Position numbers and translations under genes: made by a program. Below are positions 51,301 to 62,821 of a stretch of DNA of 64,000 nucleotides, in pieces. The notes beneath the pieces were generated by a model. It ran no database searches. It was not told the DNA's origin and saw only the letters and a list, made by a program, of their open reading frames with translations. This DNA comes from Podarcis melisellensis (lineage: Eukaryota), in the NCBI GenBank assembly GCA_964234715.1, contig OZ174276.1, one strand, 5' to 3'. How positions within the stretch are numbered: the stretch's first letter is position 1; each line of letters opens with the position of its first letter.

Positions 51301-51843
51301 GGCAGCCAATATGATGCTCTACAGATGTAGCTGGGCTACAGTTCCCATCATCCTTGATCATCGACCATGCATATGGCCATTATAGTTCAACAATATCTGG
51401 AGGTCATCGCACTGGCTACTCACGACACGAACAAATATTTATATGCCTGGTACAACTCCTTACTGTGGTCGGCTCTTGTACAAGTCCCCGTCCACTGCCA
51501 CAATGATTTTCAGGTGTGGCAGCCCTTGACTGATCCGGATATGAGTAAGAACGCCAGCCAGTCCAGCAGCACAGAGCTTGGCAGAACGGACATAGACCGC
51601 TTGGCATATTTGCTGCACGTTGAAACAGTCTTGGTTGCTTGCCACCATTCCCAGGCGGACAAGGAAGTTCTTGGTATTGGCCAGGCCAACTTTTTCACTG
51701 CAGTTAGAGCATACATGAGTTAAAGCAGGGTGGCAGCAGCAAGAGGCATGAGGGAGACTCTGGTTAACTGTTAATTGATCTCAGCAAAGAATAATATTGA
51801 TTCCAAATTGAAATCACTGAACTCTCCATCTATAATGAACTAG

Positions 51844-51878
<35 letters not shown>

Positions 51879-54800
51879 AGTTTTGTTTCTACCCATGCTG
51901 ACTTTTTAGAGACGGACACAAGAACTGTAACAAGATAAATATTTCAGAAAGTAGATGTTGTTAACATCTCATTGATATCTAAAGTTTTGTTTTTAACGTC
52001 TGTTACTTGATTATGCTTTGTTTTATTTTCTTCTTTTATCTGCACTGCTGTACAGGCCCTTTTTACAGTCAAAAAGCATTATAAAAATTGTTTACAAATA
52101 AAATAATACCACAAGGGCCATAGCTCAGTAGTATAGCCCTTTTTTTGTATGCAGAAGGGGCAGGCAGCATGGGAATTCATCTGTTGGTGCTGAATAACGC
52201 AGAGTATTAAATGATTGTACTGGGGGAACAAACAGTGACATGTCACATTTACCAGTTCTGATTCTTAGCCTTGTGACACCTTTGCTATTCCCTCTTCCTA
52301 CCTGATGAGAGATATACTTAATGAATGGCCCACTATAGACACTTTTCTTTAAAGCCTTCTTCTTTTAAGACATCTTACTTGAACAAATATCTCTGGCAGT
52401 GTATCTCTGGGTCATCCTATGGTGTATTTAAATGTGCAAGTTGATTCAATCATTCATTCATTCATTCATTCATTCATTCATTCATTCACCTGCTTCAGTG
52501 TTGTTGTTTTTTATGGGCTACAGATGTAATTATTTATGTGGGTCCATTCCTCTTGGCTGTTTTTCTAGGGCTAGGCTAACAAGGCATGCCAAGACACACT
52601 CTGCTGCTACTGAGGATATCAGGTTGACCAGGTCTCCCAAGACGCGTTTGAGGAACTCACTTACTCTATGATGTCCACAACATCTTGGAGCTCCATTTTT
52701 CCCTTGGTAAGCAGGGTGGGAGTCAGGACACCGCTGAAGATATCACCTTTCTCAGCCAAAGTAGCCAAAGTAACACGGATAGTATCACACAGATATATGC
52801 TACTGACCAACTTCTCAAACCTGCCAGTGAGAAGAAAGAAGAAAATCAGTGCAGAAAGAGAAGGAATTGAAGTGAAAGGGTTGGCAGATAACTGGTCAAG
52901 TCACCCTGTCTATAGGAGAAGTCTTGGCCATTTCTTACAACATTTGCTGCTAAGACAGACAATATCATAGGTGGCTTGTTTGTAGACCACCTGTTCTATA
53001 GGGTATTCATGCTGACTGCACAAAGTTCACATAAGGTTACACAATGTCAGCATTCATTCAGGACTTATACAGGAATGACCATTCCCAGTGGCTTCATGTC
53101 ACCCTAATCTCTGAGCAGAGCACGATTCCAAAGGTACCAAGTTTGCTGATCAGGGTCTGTGTTTCCTTTCAGACAACAAGGCACAGCAGAGATGGTGTTT
53201 TCTTTATGATATATGGCTTGCTTACACATATATGCAACCTGAACCTGGGATGGAAGGGTTTCGAGCATTACTCTCCAAGCGGGTTCCATTTCTTCCACAG
53301 CTGCCACCTTAGATTCAATCTGTCAACTCACATTGCTCTGACTCCCCACCTTCTCCAGCTTGCAAACACAACCATTTTTCCTCCAGCCTACACCACGCAA
53401 ACTGCAATCCTCCAACAACTGCTTGCCTTCCTTGACTTTGTATTTCTAACTAATTCTGAGTTGAGAGGGAGGGGGCTTCACCCATTTCCCAGCTGGCACA
53501 GTCTTAGCTTTGCTGATTGATTTCTTAATGGGTCACCCTTCACCTTTTGCTCTTTCAATGGCCCATCTCTCCAGTGGTGTCCAAACTTTTTCAAAGAGGG
53601 CCAGATTTGATAAAGTGAAGGGCCATGGGTGCCGACCAAAGGGCCAACCAAAGGTATAAACTGCCACAGCAGGCCAGATTAGGCCCCCGAAATGGACTTT
53701 GGACATGCCTGCTCCAGACGATTACTTCATCAGGAAGCCAGCCTGGCTTATATTTTAACATGTTAAATTCAGCGCCTGACACCCAGGAATTAGAAGGGGA
53801 GTCTAGGCACCCCACAAATGTATGACAATGTTAAATAGCATTGGGGATATAACTGTGTCCTGAAGCATCCCATGGTGTAACCACCAGGGGGCTGAAAAGC
53901 ACTCTCCCAGTGCTCCTCTCTGGACCCAGTACTGTCAATAGAACTGGAACCAAGGTAGCACAGGGCTCCCAATTCCCATTCCATGGAGTCGGTGGTCAAT
54001 GGTATCGAAAGCCACAGTCAGATTGAGATGCAGGAGCGAGGTGACCCTCCCCTTGTCCTGCTCTTTGTGAAGGTCATCCATCAGGTGACTGAACAAAGAT
54101 GGGTACTGAACAATTGCAAACACAAATTTGGAGTTTGATTATGCAGAAAATGTGTTTTTGGACACGGAGCACGACTAACCTTGATTATTCCAGTGAATCC
54201 CGGGCACCAGTAACCAATGACTCATTTTTTAAACAGATTGTTACTTCCTTTACTGTGACTCACTTGTTTTTGCCTCGGTCCATGGACTGCTTATCCATTT
54301 GCAGGTCAAACTCTGTCATTATGTCATTCAACTCGCCCAGCTTCCCAAAAGAGCTCCATTCGGTGTTGATACACATGCATCCAGCACCATGCTCCAAGCC
54401 TGCTATATGCTGCAACTCCTCCACATAACCACAGTTAGTGCCAGCATCTACCATATGCAGGAAGGCAGGACACAGGGAGAGAAGCTCAAAACAGGAGAAA
54501 CAGCATTTTAATAAAGCTTCCGGCCGCACGGCAATGAGAAAGTGCAACTGTCCTGTAACTGTCCATCTATATGCCAGTATCCTAACTCTCACAATAGTTA
54601 GGGCCTGCCATTTTGATGAAATGCAACATCTTCCTAGAATGTGTGCTTAGAATCCAGCTCCCTAATTCTTAATCACCAGGGAATTGGTTTCTAGCCCTGT
54701 GATGTGGCTACATACTATGCTGAGATTCTTCCAATCTAGGAAGAATAGCCAGTTTCTTGGCACCCCTGCCCCCCACATCTACTATAAGGCATACGCAAGC

Positions 54801-57223
54801 CTTCCAGCTCAACAGCTTGCTAGCAAGTCGCCAGCACCATGCAAGGTTTTGCTTACCTATCACCAGCCCAACCTCACATGGCTCTTTCTCAGAATGGCAG
54901 CTCAACAAGGTTCCCACAGAGTCGTTTATTACAGCAATGACCTCAATCTGGTAGTTCTGGAGAGAAAAAGATTAAAGTGACTGTCTCATTTTCTCACCAG
55001 AAGCACACACACACACACACACCCCATGCATGCTTCAGTCACAGCTGACACAGGCGCTGTCCTCACCTTGCAAGTCTGGTTAAGAGCTGTTTGGATCAGT
55101 TGTGCCACATCATGCCCCTCCACACCTGGCCACCGGCAATCCTTGCTCCATCTGATCAGCTTACACTAAGGGGAAACCAAGCAGGAAGGCCACTGAGAAA
55201 CTTCAACAAACCACTGAGAAACCCAGCCCTGCTTCCTACAAGCAAAGTATTCAAGCAAGAGGACCAACGGGGTTATTCATGAAAACATGTCCTGTGATCT
55301 TTGAAAAGTAGAAGAATCCAAATCTGAGAATGACTTTGACAATTCATTTACTCTATATATCCATTCAGTAACAAGCTCTATATTGGTTTAATCTGCTGCC
55401 GCCAGTTTTGTATTTGGATAATGGGTTTGTGTATTTTCTAAAGAGCTGTGTTATGTTTTATTCTTTTTATGTGGGCTGCCTTGGGAGGATTTTCCCTCCG
55501 AGGCAGCGTGCAGGTTCTGAAATAAATGAATAAAACAAATAGCGCAAAATCAGTATGCTGATGACACCCAGCTCTATCTCTCTGTTCCATTTGAGTTTGG
55601 AGAGGCAGGACAGGTGCTGGGCCTGTTTGGAGTTGGCAGCGAACTGGATGTGGGCCAATAAATTGAAAATGAATCCAGACAAGACCAAGGTGCTGTTTCT
55701 TCCAGGTTATTGAGATCTGGATGTGGGAACACAGCCTGTTCTGGATGAGGATGCACTCTCCCTAAAGGAGCTGGTACTTTGCCTGGAGGTGCTCCTGGAC
55801 TCAGCACCACCAAAGGAGGACCAGGTGGCTTCAGTGGCAAGAAGCACCTATTTTCAGCTCTGGCTTGTTTGCCAGCTAGTCCTTCCTGGACAAGGAAAAT
55901 GTGGCCACAGTTACGTGTGTTCCGGTAATTTCCACCCACCCAGGTGGACTACTGCGATGTACTGTGCGTGTGGCTTCCCCTGAAGGTGGCCCAGAAGCTG
56001 AAACTGCTGGAGAATGTGGCGGCTTTGCTACTGACAGGTATCACTGGCCAGATGCACATTTTATCTGTTTTGAAAGATCTGCAGTGATAGCCAGTTTGCT
56101 TCCAGGCTCAATTCAATGTGCTTCTGTTAACACAGAAAACCCTAAATTACTTGGGTCCCAGATATCTGATGGAGTGCTTCTTCCAATGTCAATTTGCATG
56201 AGCATTAATATTTGCAGGGGAGACTCTAGTCATGCTGCTGTTATGGAATGTGGTTTGAGAATAAGTGGTGAGCAGAAGGACCTTTTCAGTGGCAGCCCCT
56301 AGGCTTTAAGAATGTGCACCCTTCAGAGGTGCATATTGCCCAGATACTGTACAACAGCAGTGAGGAACTCAATCTGGCCCATGAGTCAGTTTTCCCCAAA
56401 CCCAGTGCCAGAATTAAGTATAAATTAAAAAAGCTATAGCTTAGGGCCCCCCAAAAAATTAAAGGGGAAAAAAGATATACATTTCCAAAATATGAGATAA
56501 AAAACAAATAAAATAAAAGCTACATACAGCAACAGTATTTTGGCTCCTATCATGTAAGTAATGGACCCCACCTACTAGCCTGCTCCCTAAAATATCACAT
56601 ATAAAGGGCCCCATTACCTTCAGTAGCTTAGGGCCACATCAAACCTAAATCCGGCCCTGCCCAAACCACGCCCATATGCTGCACCCTTGACATCATGTTA
56701 TGTCAGGTGTGGGGCACATAAAGACATGACTGCAACGGGGAAATGGGGAGTCTTAAAGTGCACTCCTGACCATTCCTTGGCAAACAAAGCTTGTTCTCAA
56801 TGCCGGCCAGCCAAGTGAAGTGGGTCAGGAAAGTGGGTACAAGATCATAGCTTTAAAGTTCCATCTGGATTTCCTTCCTATCTCCAGTCTCCCGTACTGT
56901 CTGCTGCTGGGCCAACAAAGTATTCACCTGGTTCAGCGCGACATGTTCACAAGGAAAGGGAAAGCAGAAGCACAGCGGCAATTTTTTGGTGTTGAGGCCA
57001 AGTCCATCCAAAAACGTGGCCACACATTTTGCAAGGAATTCAAAAAGCTGGAAAAGAAAGCACGGTATTATGAGTACGGTACATTCCACTCGCCTCAGGG
57101 CACGATGCCAACAAATGACGACAGCAAATATTTGCTAGCAGTGTAGAACCTGAAATTTCACCAGTAATGTGATCTCACCAAATCACCCAGTAGGGGTTTT
57201 TTTTTATCAACCTCTTACCAATA

Positions 57224-57266
<43 letters not shown>

Positions 57267-60200
57267 TAAAAAACAAATGTACACAAGATAGAAACAAATA
57301 TTTTTAAAAGGGAATGGCTCTGACGATGCTTAAGCAGTATAACTGAAACCAGCATCAAGACAGGTTCTGCTAGATACACCCAGAATCTGACTCAGTATAA
57401 TGCAGGTTCCAATGTACGTGGCAAAATCTGTCTTTTTCCTATGGGGACAAATATCTGTTTTGGGTAGGGAATTTAATTCAGAAAAAAATATATTTGCAGG
57501 GAGAAGGGTTAATCTGCCCATTACCCAGTATCACAGTCACAATATGATGGGGGGGGGCGGCTTGTAGCTACTTTCCGCATTTGAATGCAGGAGATACTGT
57601 TAACTGCCAAGGTTAGGGAAATTGTAGGGAAATTAATAAGGTAAAGGATCTAGAGCAGGAAGAATAAGAAACACAGGAGGAAAAATAGAGGAGAGGAATC
57701 AGAATACATGTTAGCCCCTCACTGCATTCAGTGGGGCTGATTCCTGTGTGTGTGTAAGATGGCAGCTGAAGGGCCCCAGGAAGAGTAAGTCAATTTTAAG
57801 GAGCCAAACAGCTACAGGGAGGAAAGGTGCTCTCAGGGCATTGGGCAGAGAAGAGTGCCAGAAGAGTAAAATGATCAAGGAGGGGCAGGGTGAGATGAAA
57901 GAGCAGCTAAGTGGGAGAATGAGAAAGAAAACATCTGAAAATCAATACAATAATTTTAAATTCAAGACAAACGAAGAAGCTTGTGAAGAGAGCAGAAGGT
58001 GCATTCATGATTATTTGTGCTCATGATGGTAACTGGTTGGATATACTGCTTCATTTCCAGTCAGTGCATGTCCCATAGCTTTCCATTGTCATCCTGTAAT
58101 TCGTCATATCACAAATGTTTCAGTTTTGGTTTGTCTTGCTTTTGTTATGTTATAGCTCAAGAAAGTGCCCTCCCAGGTGGCAATGATGCAGTATCAGTGC
58201 AGAAGCACTGCAGAGCAACTAGCAAAGGGGTATGGTGTGCAGACTGTCCAGTTTCAATCCAGCACTAATGCATTGCTATTCCATCAAAGACATACTGCAG
58301 AAGACATCAGCAACCCAACCCAACCCATAATAACAAGCAAAATGAATTAAGTAAGCTGAAGAACTCAAGACAGAGGAATGATACCTGCTCCCCACTGCCG
58401 TTGACAATATTCTCAGTAATGGGAAAGTCCTTTTTCTTCATCACCACAGGCTCATCCTTGCGATCTGATAGTTGCAAGAGCATGATCTTCACTTGATCCT
58501 TCTTCATTTCTAAACCCAAAAAATCCCCCGTCTCTGAAAAATAGATGTGAACATTGGGATATATAGTGATCAAGACCGCCTATGTCTCATTCATATGGTT
58601 GCCATATAAATTCCTTTTAAATTGCTATGGGGGGGGGGAGAGCTGGAACTGAGGTGGGGGGGGGTGTCTGTCACCAGGACTGTTTGTTTGTTTGTTTAGC
58701 CCAGCTTTGCTGCTAATCAATGGACAATCTTAAATTAGAATGTGAATTATTATATAGTCAATAAACACTGATAGATTATTTCCCATGAGGGAGAGGAAGC
58801 AACTTTCCAGGGTTTCAGTGGCACACAATAACAAATACAAAATGCAGTAGGCCAATCATCACTTAGGTTCATGATCATCATATGTGACTAGGTGCTGAAC
58901 GGTGATAGTAATTCAGAGTCACCAGGCTCCATGCATAGGTTTAGAAACTAAAACCAGCTCAGTTGGTTAGAGTGCGGTGTTACTGGTGCTAATAACACCA
59001 AGGTTGCAGGTTCGATCCCTGTATGGACCAGCTGCACATTCCTGCATTGCAGGGGGTTGGACTAGATTAATCTCAGGGTCCCTTCCAACTCTCCAGTTCT
59101 ATGATTATATAATTCTGTTGAATTATGATTCTATAATTCTTGGCTAGTCTGTGGAAGTGATTTCAACCTAGCTGTTTCTGCTGTTGATGCAAAGGCAGGA
59201 GCTGTCACTGCATAACACATTATTATTACGATTATTATTACTATTTATATCTCACCTTTCCTCCCAAAGAGCTGGTAGTAGCACGGTACTTTAGAGGGTA
59301 TCTATGTGTTTTTAAGGATTCTACTGAGCTTCTACTACAACACAGTTCTGCCCCTGAACAAGAAGGGTCATAGCTTAGTGGGAAAGCACCTGTGTTGCAT
59401 GCAGGGGGTCTCAGGTTCAATTCCCGGTATTTGCAGGTAGGGTTGGGAGAGTAGCTTCCTTGTCTGAAGCCCTGGTCAGCTGCTGCCAGAAAATGTAGAC
59501 AATACTGAGCTAGATGGACCAATGGGTCTGACTCAATGGTCCAAGAAATGTACAAAGGTGGCAGGTGCTGCTTGGCAATCTGTGCTCAACAAGACCGCAG
59601 TTGTATGTGTTAGCCTACCAAGCCTCACAACCCTAAGCCCTTCATCCTCACTCAGAACCCAAGCCCTTCATCCTCACTCAGATGACTGCCTGCTGTATCA
59701 TTCTGCAGGCCACCTCTCAGCCAACACTAGCATTGTTACCACCAAGCTAGACAGGCAAACTGTGGACAGATGCAGATTACCAGATTCTGGGTCATTCTTG
59801 CACATGCTAGACAAACCAGGAAATCGCTCCTTCGCAAGGCTCTGTGCATGATATAATAGCATTTCATCTTTCTCTTTGTCTCCCCCCTCCCAAATATGTG
59901 CATCCCTGTGTACTCTCAGAGATTCACAAGCTAGTACTTGGAAGTTTTGAAGCCAAATGTGGCAATCGGGAAGCCAGGATGTTGTGGAAAATAATGTGGA
60001 GCAGGAACAAAAGTGTGGAAAGGAATGGTATTCAAAGTACAGCTACATGGGCTGTTTAAAAAATTGGTCTACACAACAGTTCAGGCAAACTGCCAAAAAG
60101 AAAGCACACTTACCAGTACCATCAGTCAAGGTACAAACGTAAGAAGGCAGCATGGGTAAAGGGAGGCCATCTTTAACCTTCTCCTTGAGGCCACTCTGCA

Positions 60201-60744
60201 TGGCTGAATACACAGAATCCCTCACATGTTGAAGCTGCTCCTTGGGTAGATGAAAGGCCTGTACATGTTTCTGGATCTGGTCAGAAACAGGAGCGTTTTT
60301 AGAGGGAGCACGGTGGGGAAGCAGTTTGTGATCTTCCCTGCCCTCAGTACTGGACGTGCCCACAAACGAACTTCTCTTTAACCTGGGAACAAAATTCATC
60401 TCGCGGGAGCTTTGTGGTGAAGGTGAAGCTATAGGTGTAGATGTACGTGATTGTGAAAAGGCGACAGCTAAAAAAGAGGACTCGCTGGCATCAGAGTCCC
60501 GCTGCTTGGGAAGAGGGGGGAAGCCTGAATTACGTCTGGAGTCGAAGGAACTAGGTCCTGAATTAAGAGCGAAAAATGTGTTGGAGGCCGAGCTGGAATC
60601 CAGCGAGGAATTTACCACTAAGGAAAACCTATGACGGTCCTCGGAAGCTGGATTGGGACCTGACATGGAATTTAGCAGAAACGAAACTTTAGAACACAGA
60701 TCGTCATCACTGTCTCTCCGACTGGCTCGGCCCCGGTCAGACAT
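42275..60744 (-). CDS. HK3: Hexokinase 3, spliced CDS, 17 coding exons, two hexokinase halves
   Basis: Exon sizes 163(+468)/149/120/99/100/184/156/234/305/149/120/96/100/184/156/234/124 match the vertebrate HK1-3 layout; C-half motifs intact; N-half degenerate; convergent with UNC5A like mammalian HK3. Confidence 0.92.
42857..43090 (-). CDS. HK3: HK3 exon, 234 nt (231 nt with the alternative acceptor)
   Basis: ..[30 protein letters not shown]; acceptor taag/cag. Confidence 0.93.
43870..44025 (-). CDS. HK3: HK3 exon, 156 nt
   Basis: [26 protein letters not shown]. Confidence 0.96.
44104..44287 (-). CDS. HK3: HK3 exon, 184 nt
   Basis: [29 protein letters not shown]. Confidence 0.96.
44695..44794 (-). 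CDS. HK3: HK3 exon, 100 nt (catalytic Asp)
   Basis: [33 protein letters not shown]. Confidence 0.96.
47060..47420 (+). mobile_element. L2 LINE 3' fragment
   Basis: [22 protein letters not shown], typical of the L2 ORF2 C-terminus. Confidence 0.75.
48639..48734 (-). CDS. HK3: HK3 exon, 96 nt
   Basis: [32 protein letters not shown]. Confidence 0.96.
49417..49536 (-). CDS. HK3: HK3 exon, 120 nt
   Basis: [30 protein letters not shown]. Confidence 0.96.
49717..49865 (-). CDS. HK3: HK3 exon, 149 nt (C-half phosphate-1 motif)
   Basis: [18 protein letters not shown]. Confidence 0.96.
50390..50694 (-). CDS. HK3: HK3 exon, 305 nt (linker between halves)
   Basis: [39 protein letters not shown]. Confidence 0.94.
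51464..51697 (-). CDS. HK3: HK3 exon, 234 nt
   Basis: [35 protein letters not shown]. Confidence 0.93.
51847..51876. repeat. (GT)n microsatellite
   Basis: Direct inspection. Confidence 0.95.
52450..52488. repeat. (TCAT)n microsatellite
   Basis: Direct inspection. Confidence 0.9.
52665..52820 (-). CDS. HK3: HK3 exon, 156 nt
   Basis: [34 protein letters not shown]. Confidence 0.92.
53745..54110 (-). mobile_element. L2 LINE reverse transcriptase fragment
   Basis: [22 protein letters not shown] resembles the DLSAAFDTID motif; frameshifted. Confidence 0.75.
54264..54447 (-). CDS. HK3: HK3 exon, 184 nt
   Basis: [26 protein letters not shown]. Confidence 0.93.
54857..54956 (-). CDS. HK3: HK3 exon, 100 nt
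   Basis: [33 protein letters not shown]. Confidence 0.93.
55067..55165 (-). CDS. HK3: HK3 exon, 99 nt
   Basis: [33 protein letters not shown]; ttag/gtgag boundaries. Confidence 0.9.
55560..56330 (+). mobile_element. L2 LINE ORF2 3' fragment
   Basis: [35 protein letters not shown]; disrupted. Confidence 0.8.
56403..56659. mobile_element. hAT MITE
   Basis: CAGTGCCAGAATTA / TAAATCCGGCCCTG; TSD CCCAAACC. Confidence 0.82.
56928..57047 (-). CDS. HK3: HK3 exon, 120 nt
   Basis: [31 protein letters not shown]. Confidence 0.93.
57224..57266. repeat. (ATT)n microsatellite
   Basis: Direct inspection. Confidence 0.95.
58385..58533 (-). CDS. HK3: HK3 exon, 149 nt
   Basis: [28 protein letters not shown]; ttcag/gta boundaries. 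Confidence 0.92.
58954..59140 (+). mobile_element. tRNA-Ile-headed SINE with CR1-type tail
   Basis: AGCTCAGTTGGTTAGAG..GGTGCTAATAACACCAAGG..GGTTCGATCCC, then the same tail and TTCTATGA-like repeats. Confidence 0.82.
59365..59540 (+). mobile_element. Squamate tRNA-derived SINE (SINE2/Squam2-like)
   Basis: TAGCTTAGTGG..GGTTCAATTCCC..GTAGACAATACTGAGCTAGATGGACCAATG; degenerate relatives near 17730-18070, 24080-24210 and 35655-35785 (-). Confidence 0.7.
60114..60744 (-). CDS. HK3: HK3 first coding exon: 156-aa extension plus canonical 163-nt segment (60276-60114)
   Basis: accATGtct at 60744; ..[25 protein letters not shown]|gtaag; internal ctgaccag acceptor before 60276. The 3' part is secure, the start is less certain. 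Confidence 0.75.
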
Positions 60745-62209
60745 GGTGTCATCGGTCACAAAAAGCCCTCTTCTGTCAAGTCAGCAAAGGGCGGAAAGCG
60801 CGAGGGGGGAGTGGGGGCGAGGCAGGCCAGCATGTGGGGCTGGGAGTTGAGTCCGGCTCAGGGTGGGGCGCAGAGTGAGGCCGAATGTGAGCGGGCCAGT
60901 TTTGAAGCTGCGCGAGCGAGGCATGAACAGACACACGAGGCAGGGTGCAGGAGGGAGAGGTGAAGTAGAAAGAAAGCAGAGTGGGAGGGAGGGAGGGTGG
61001 CAGAGGAGGAAAGGAGAGAGAGAAAGGAGAGGAGGGCTTGGAGCAGGAGGCAGTTGGAAGATTCCTCAAGCGAGAGAGTGGAATGGAAGCGGGGGGGGGG
61101 CGGGGAGTAGAATGTGGGGCCACAGAGTTATAAAAAGGGCAGAGGAGACCATATAATTGTCTGCATAGGCTGTTTCATGGTTCATACTGAAAAGCCGTTT
61201 TTTTAAATAGCCTCTGGAGCTGAGGGCTGGGGAGGAGAGTCCCCTGAGGGGATTTTAACCTTGCTGTGACTAGACCCCCAGCAGTGCCCACCTCCAAATA
61301 AAAGATAGCTGTGGAATTCACACACTTTCTACACTTTCTATCTTGTAGGAAGACGTTTCTTTCTTTCATTCATTTGTTTTCTCCACCATTGAAAAAATAG
61401 CCTTGCCAATGGAAATTCCAATGCGAGTGCAAACTTTTGTCCCAATTGGTTGGTGGGGAAAAGAGGCCTATGACTAGGGACAGGGGAGCAATTTTCAGTT
61501 TGCATTTAAAGCCAGATTTATCAAAGTTGCGCTTTCCAAAGCAATATGAGGACTGAAACATAGCTATCCTTCAAGCTTCACACTCATCTGAATTTTGTGA
61601 TGCAGTTCTCCAGTCAAAAACGTTCACAAAAATGCATATGTTAGGGGAAAGGGTGCATAAAAAGGAATTTATATACAAAAATAACATACAAAAATAGATT
61701 CCATTAGGGGAAAATGCTTGTTAAAATGTGTTCACCAGTCAAAAATGCATATAGAAATGTATTTGTTAGGAGAAATTCGCACTAGTATGCTGAAGAATTT
61801 TCATGAGGGTTTTTCCTTTAAAACAACAACAAAAAAACTTCACAAACTGATGCTGAAATGTGGAGATTGGAGTTTATGATTTGAAAAACAAGAAATAGAG
61901 AGAACCAAAATTGACAGATTCTTCCATTCCAAACTATGTCAGCCTTTCACTGAGGTTCACTTTGGATATCACAGGTTGAGGATCAAGATTGAGACTAAGC
62001 CTGCTTCCAGACTGTCACCATTTTGTTCCAGTGCATTCCAAAACTTTAGGCTTGCAGTATTAAAGCAGATTAAATCAGTGTTTCCCAACCTTTTTTGGGC
62101 AAAGGCACACTTGTTTGATGAAAAAAATATCGAGGCACACCACCATTACAGCCCCGTGACGTCAGTGCGGAGCGTCACTTGAGCTCCTTCTCCTGCTCGT
62201 TCAGGGCCA

Positions 62210-62357
62210 CAGTGGCGTAGCGTGGGTTGTCAGCACCCGGGGCAATGCAAGTAATTTGCGCCCCCTAACCCGTGGATTTGCGCCCCCTAACACTAACCCC
62301 CAGATGTTGCGCCCGGTGTGGCCGGCCCCCCCTGCACCCCCCCACGCTAGGCCACTG
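62210..62357. mobile_element. hAT-type MITE nested in the 62076-63447 element; inverted relative of the 8656-8817 copy
   Basis: TIR CAGTGGCGTAGCGTGGG; internal GCGCCCCCTAAC repeats; no intact TSD. Confidence 0.85.
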
Positions 62358-62731
62358 ATCCATAGCTAAAAGCAGAAGTCGACAAATGTGTCCTGTTTTT
62401 TGCTCTTCAAAATATGGCAACCCGAAGACCCCCAGGGACCGTCCAACCAGCCTAGGAAGTGTGCTCTGGTCGCGGGGGAGGAGACACAAGGCATTGCCAT
62501 CCACACCTGGAATTGAGGAGGAGCTGGAAAGGTCCTTTGGTTTCACACCCAGGACCCATTTTTTCTCTCTTCTTTTGAGAAAGGGGTGGGAAACGGGATT
62601 TGGAGGGCGCATGTGTGCGCGTAGCTGAGCTCCAGTTGCTCTGGGCATTTCTGGACGGCGCCGGTAGCGTCTCTCCTAACCCCTCCCCACCCCGGTCTCC
62701 ACCCCCCCCACGCCCAAAGGCTTCCCCCTAC

Positions 62732-62821
62732 CTGGCCAAAGTTCCACCCGAAGCTGGAGATGCGGTTCGCGCTACCCACGAAGACGACGCCGAACTCGGA
62801 GAGGACGTATTCCTTGCACTC
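62732..62821 (-). pseudogene. Captured transglutaminase (TGM3-like) exon fragment
   Basis: Translates ECKEYVLSEFGVVFVGSANRISSFGWNFGQ and ends at CAG|gtaggg; matches the TGM EYVL..G.I.VGS.N.I...WNFGQ segment and its exon end. Confidence 0.82.

Noticed and set aside
61129-61138. TATA box for HK3
   Set aside because: TATAAAAAGG is on the + strand, pointing away from HK3.
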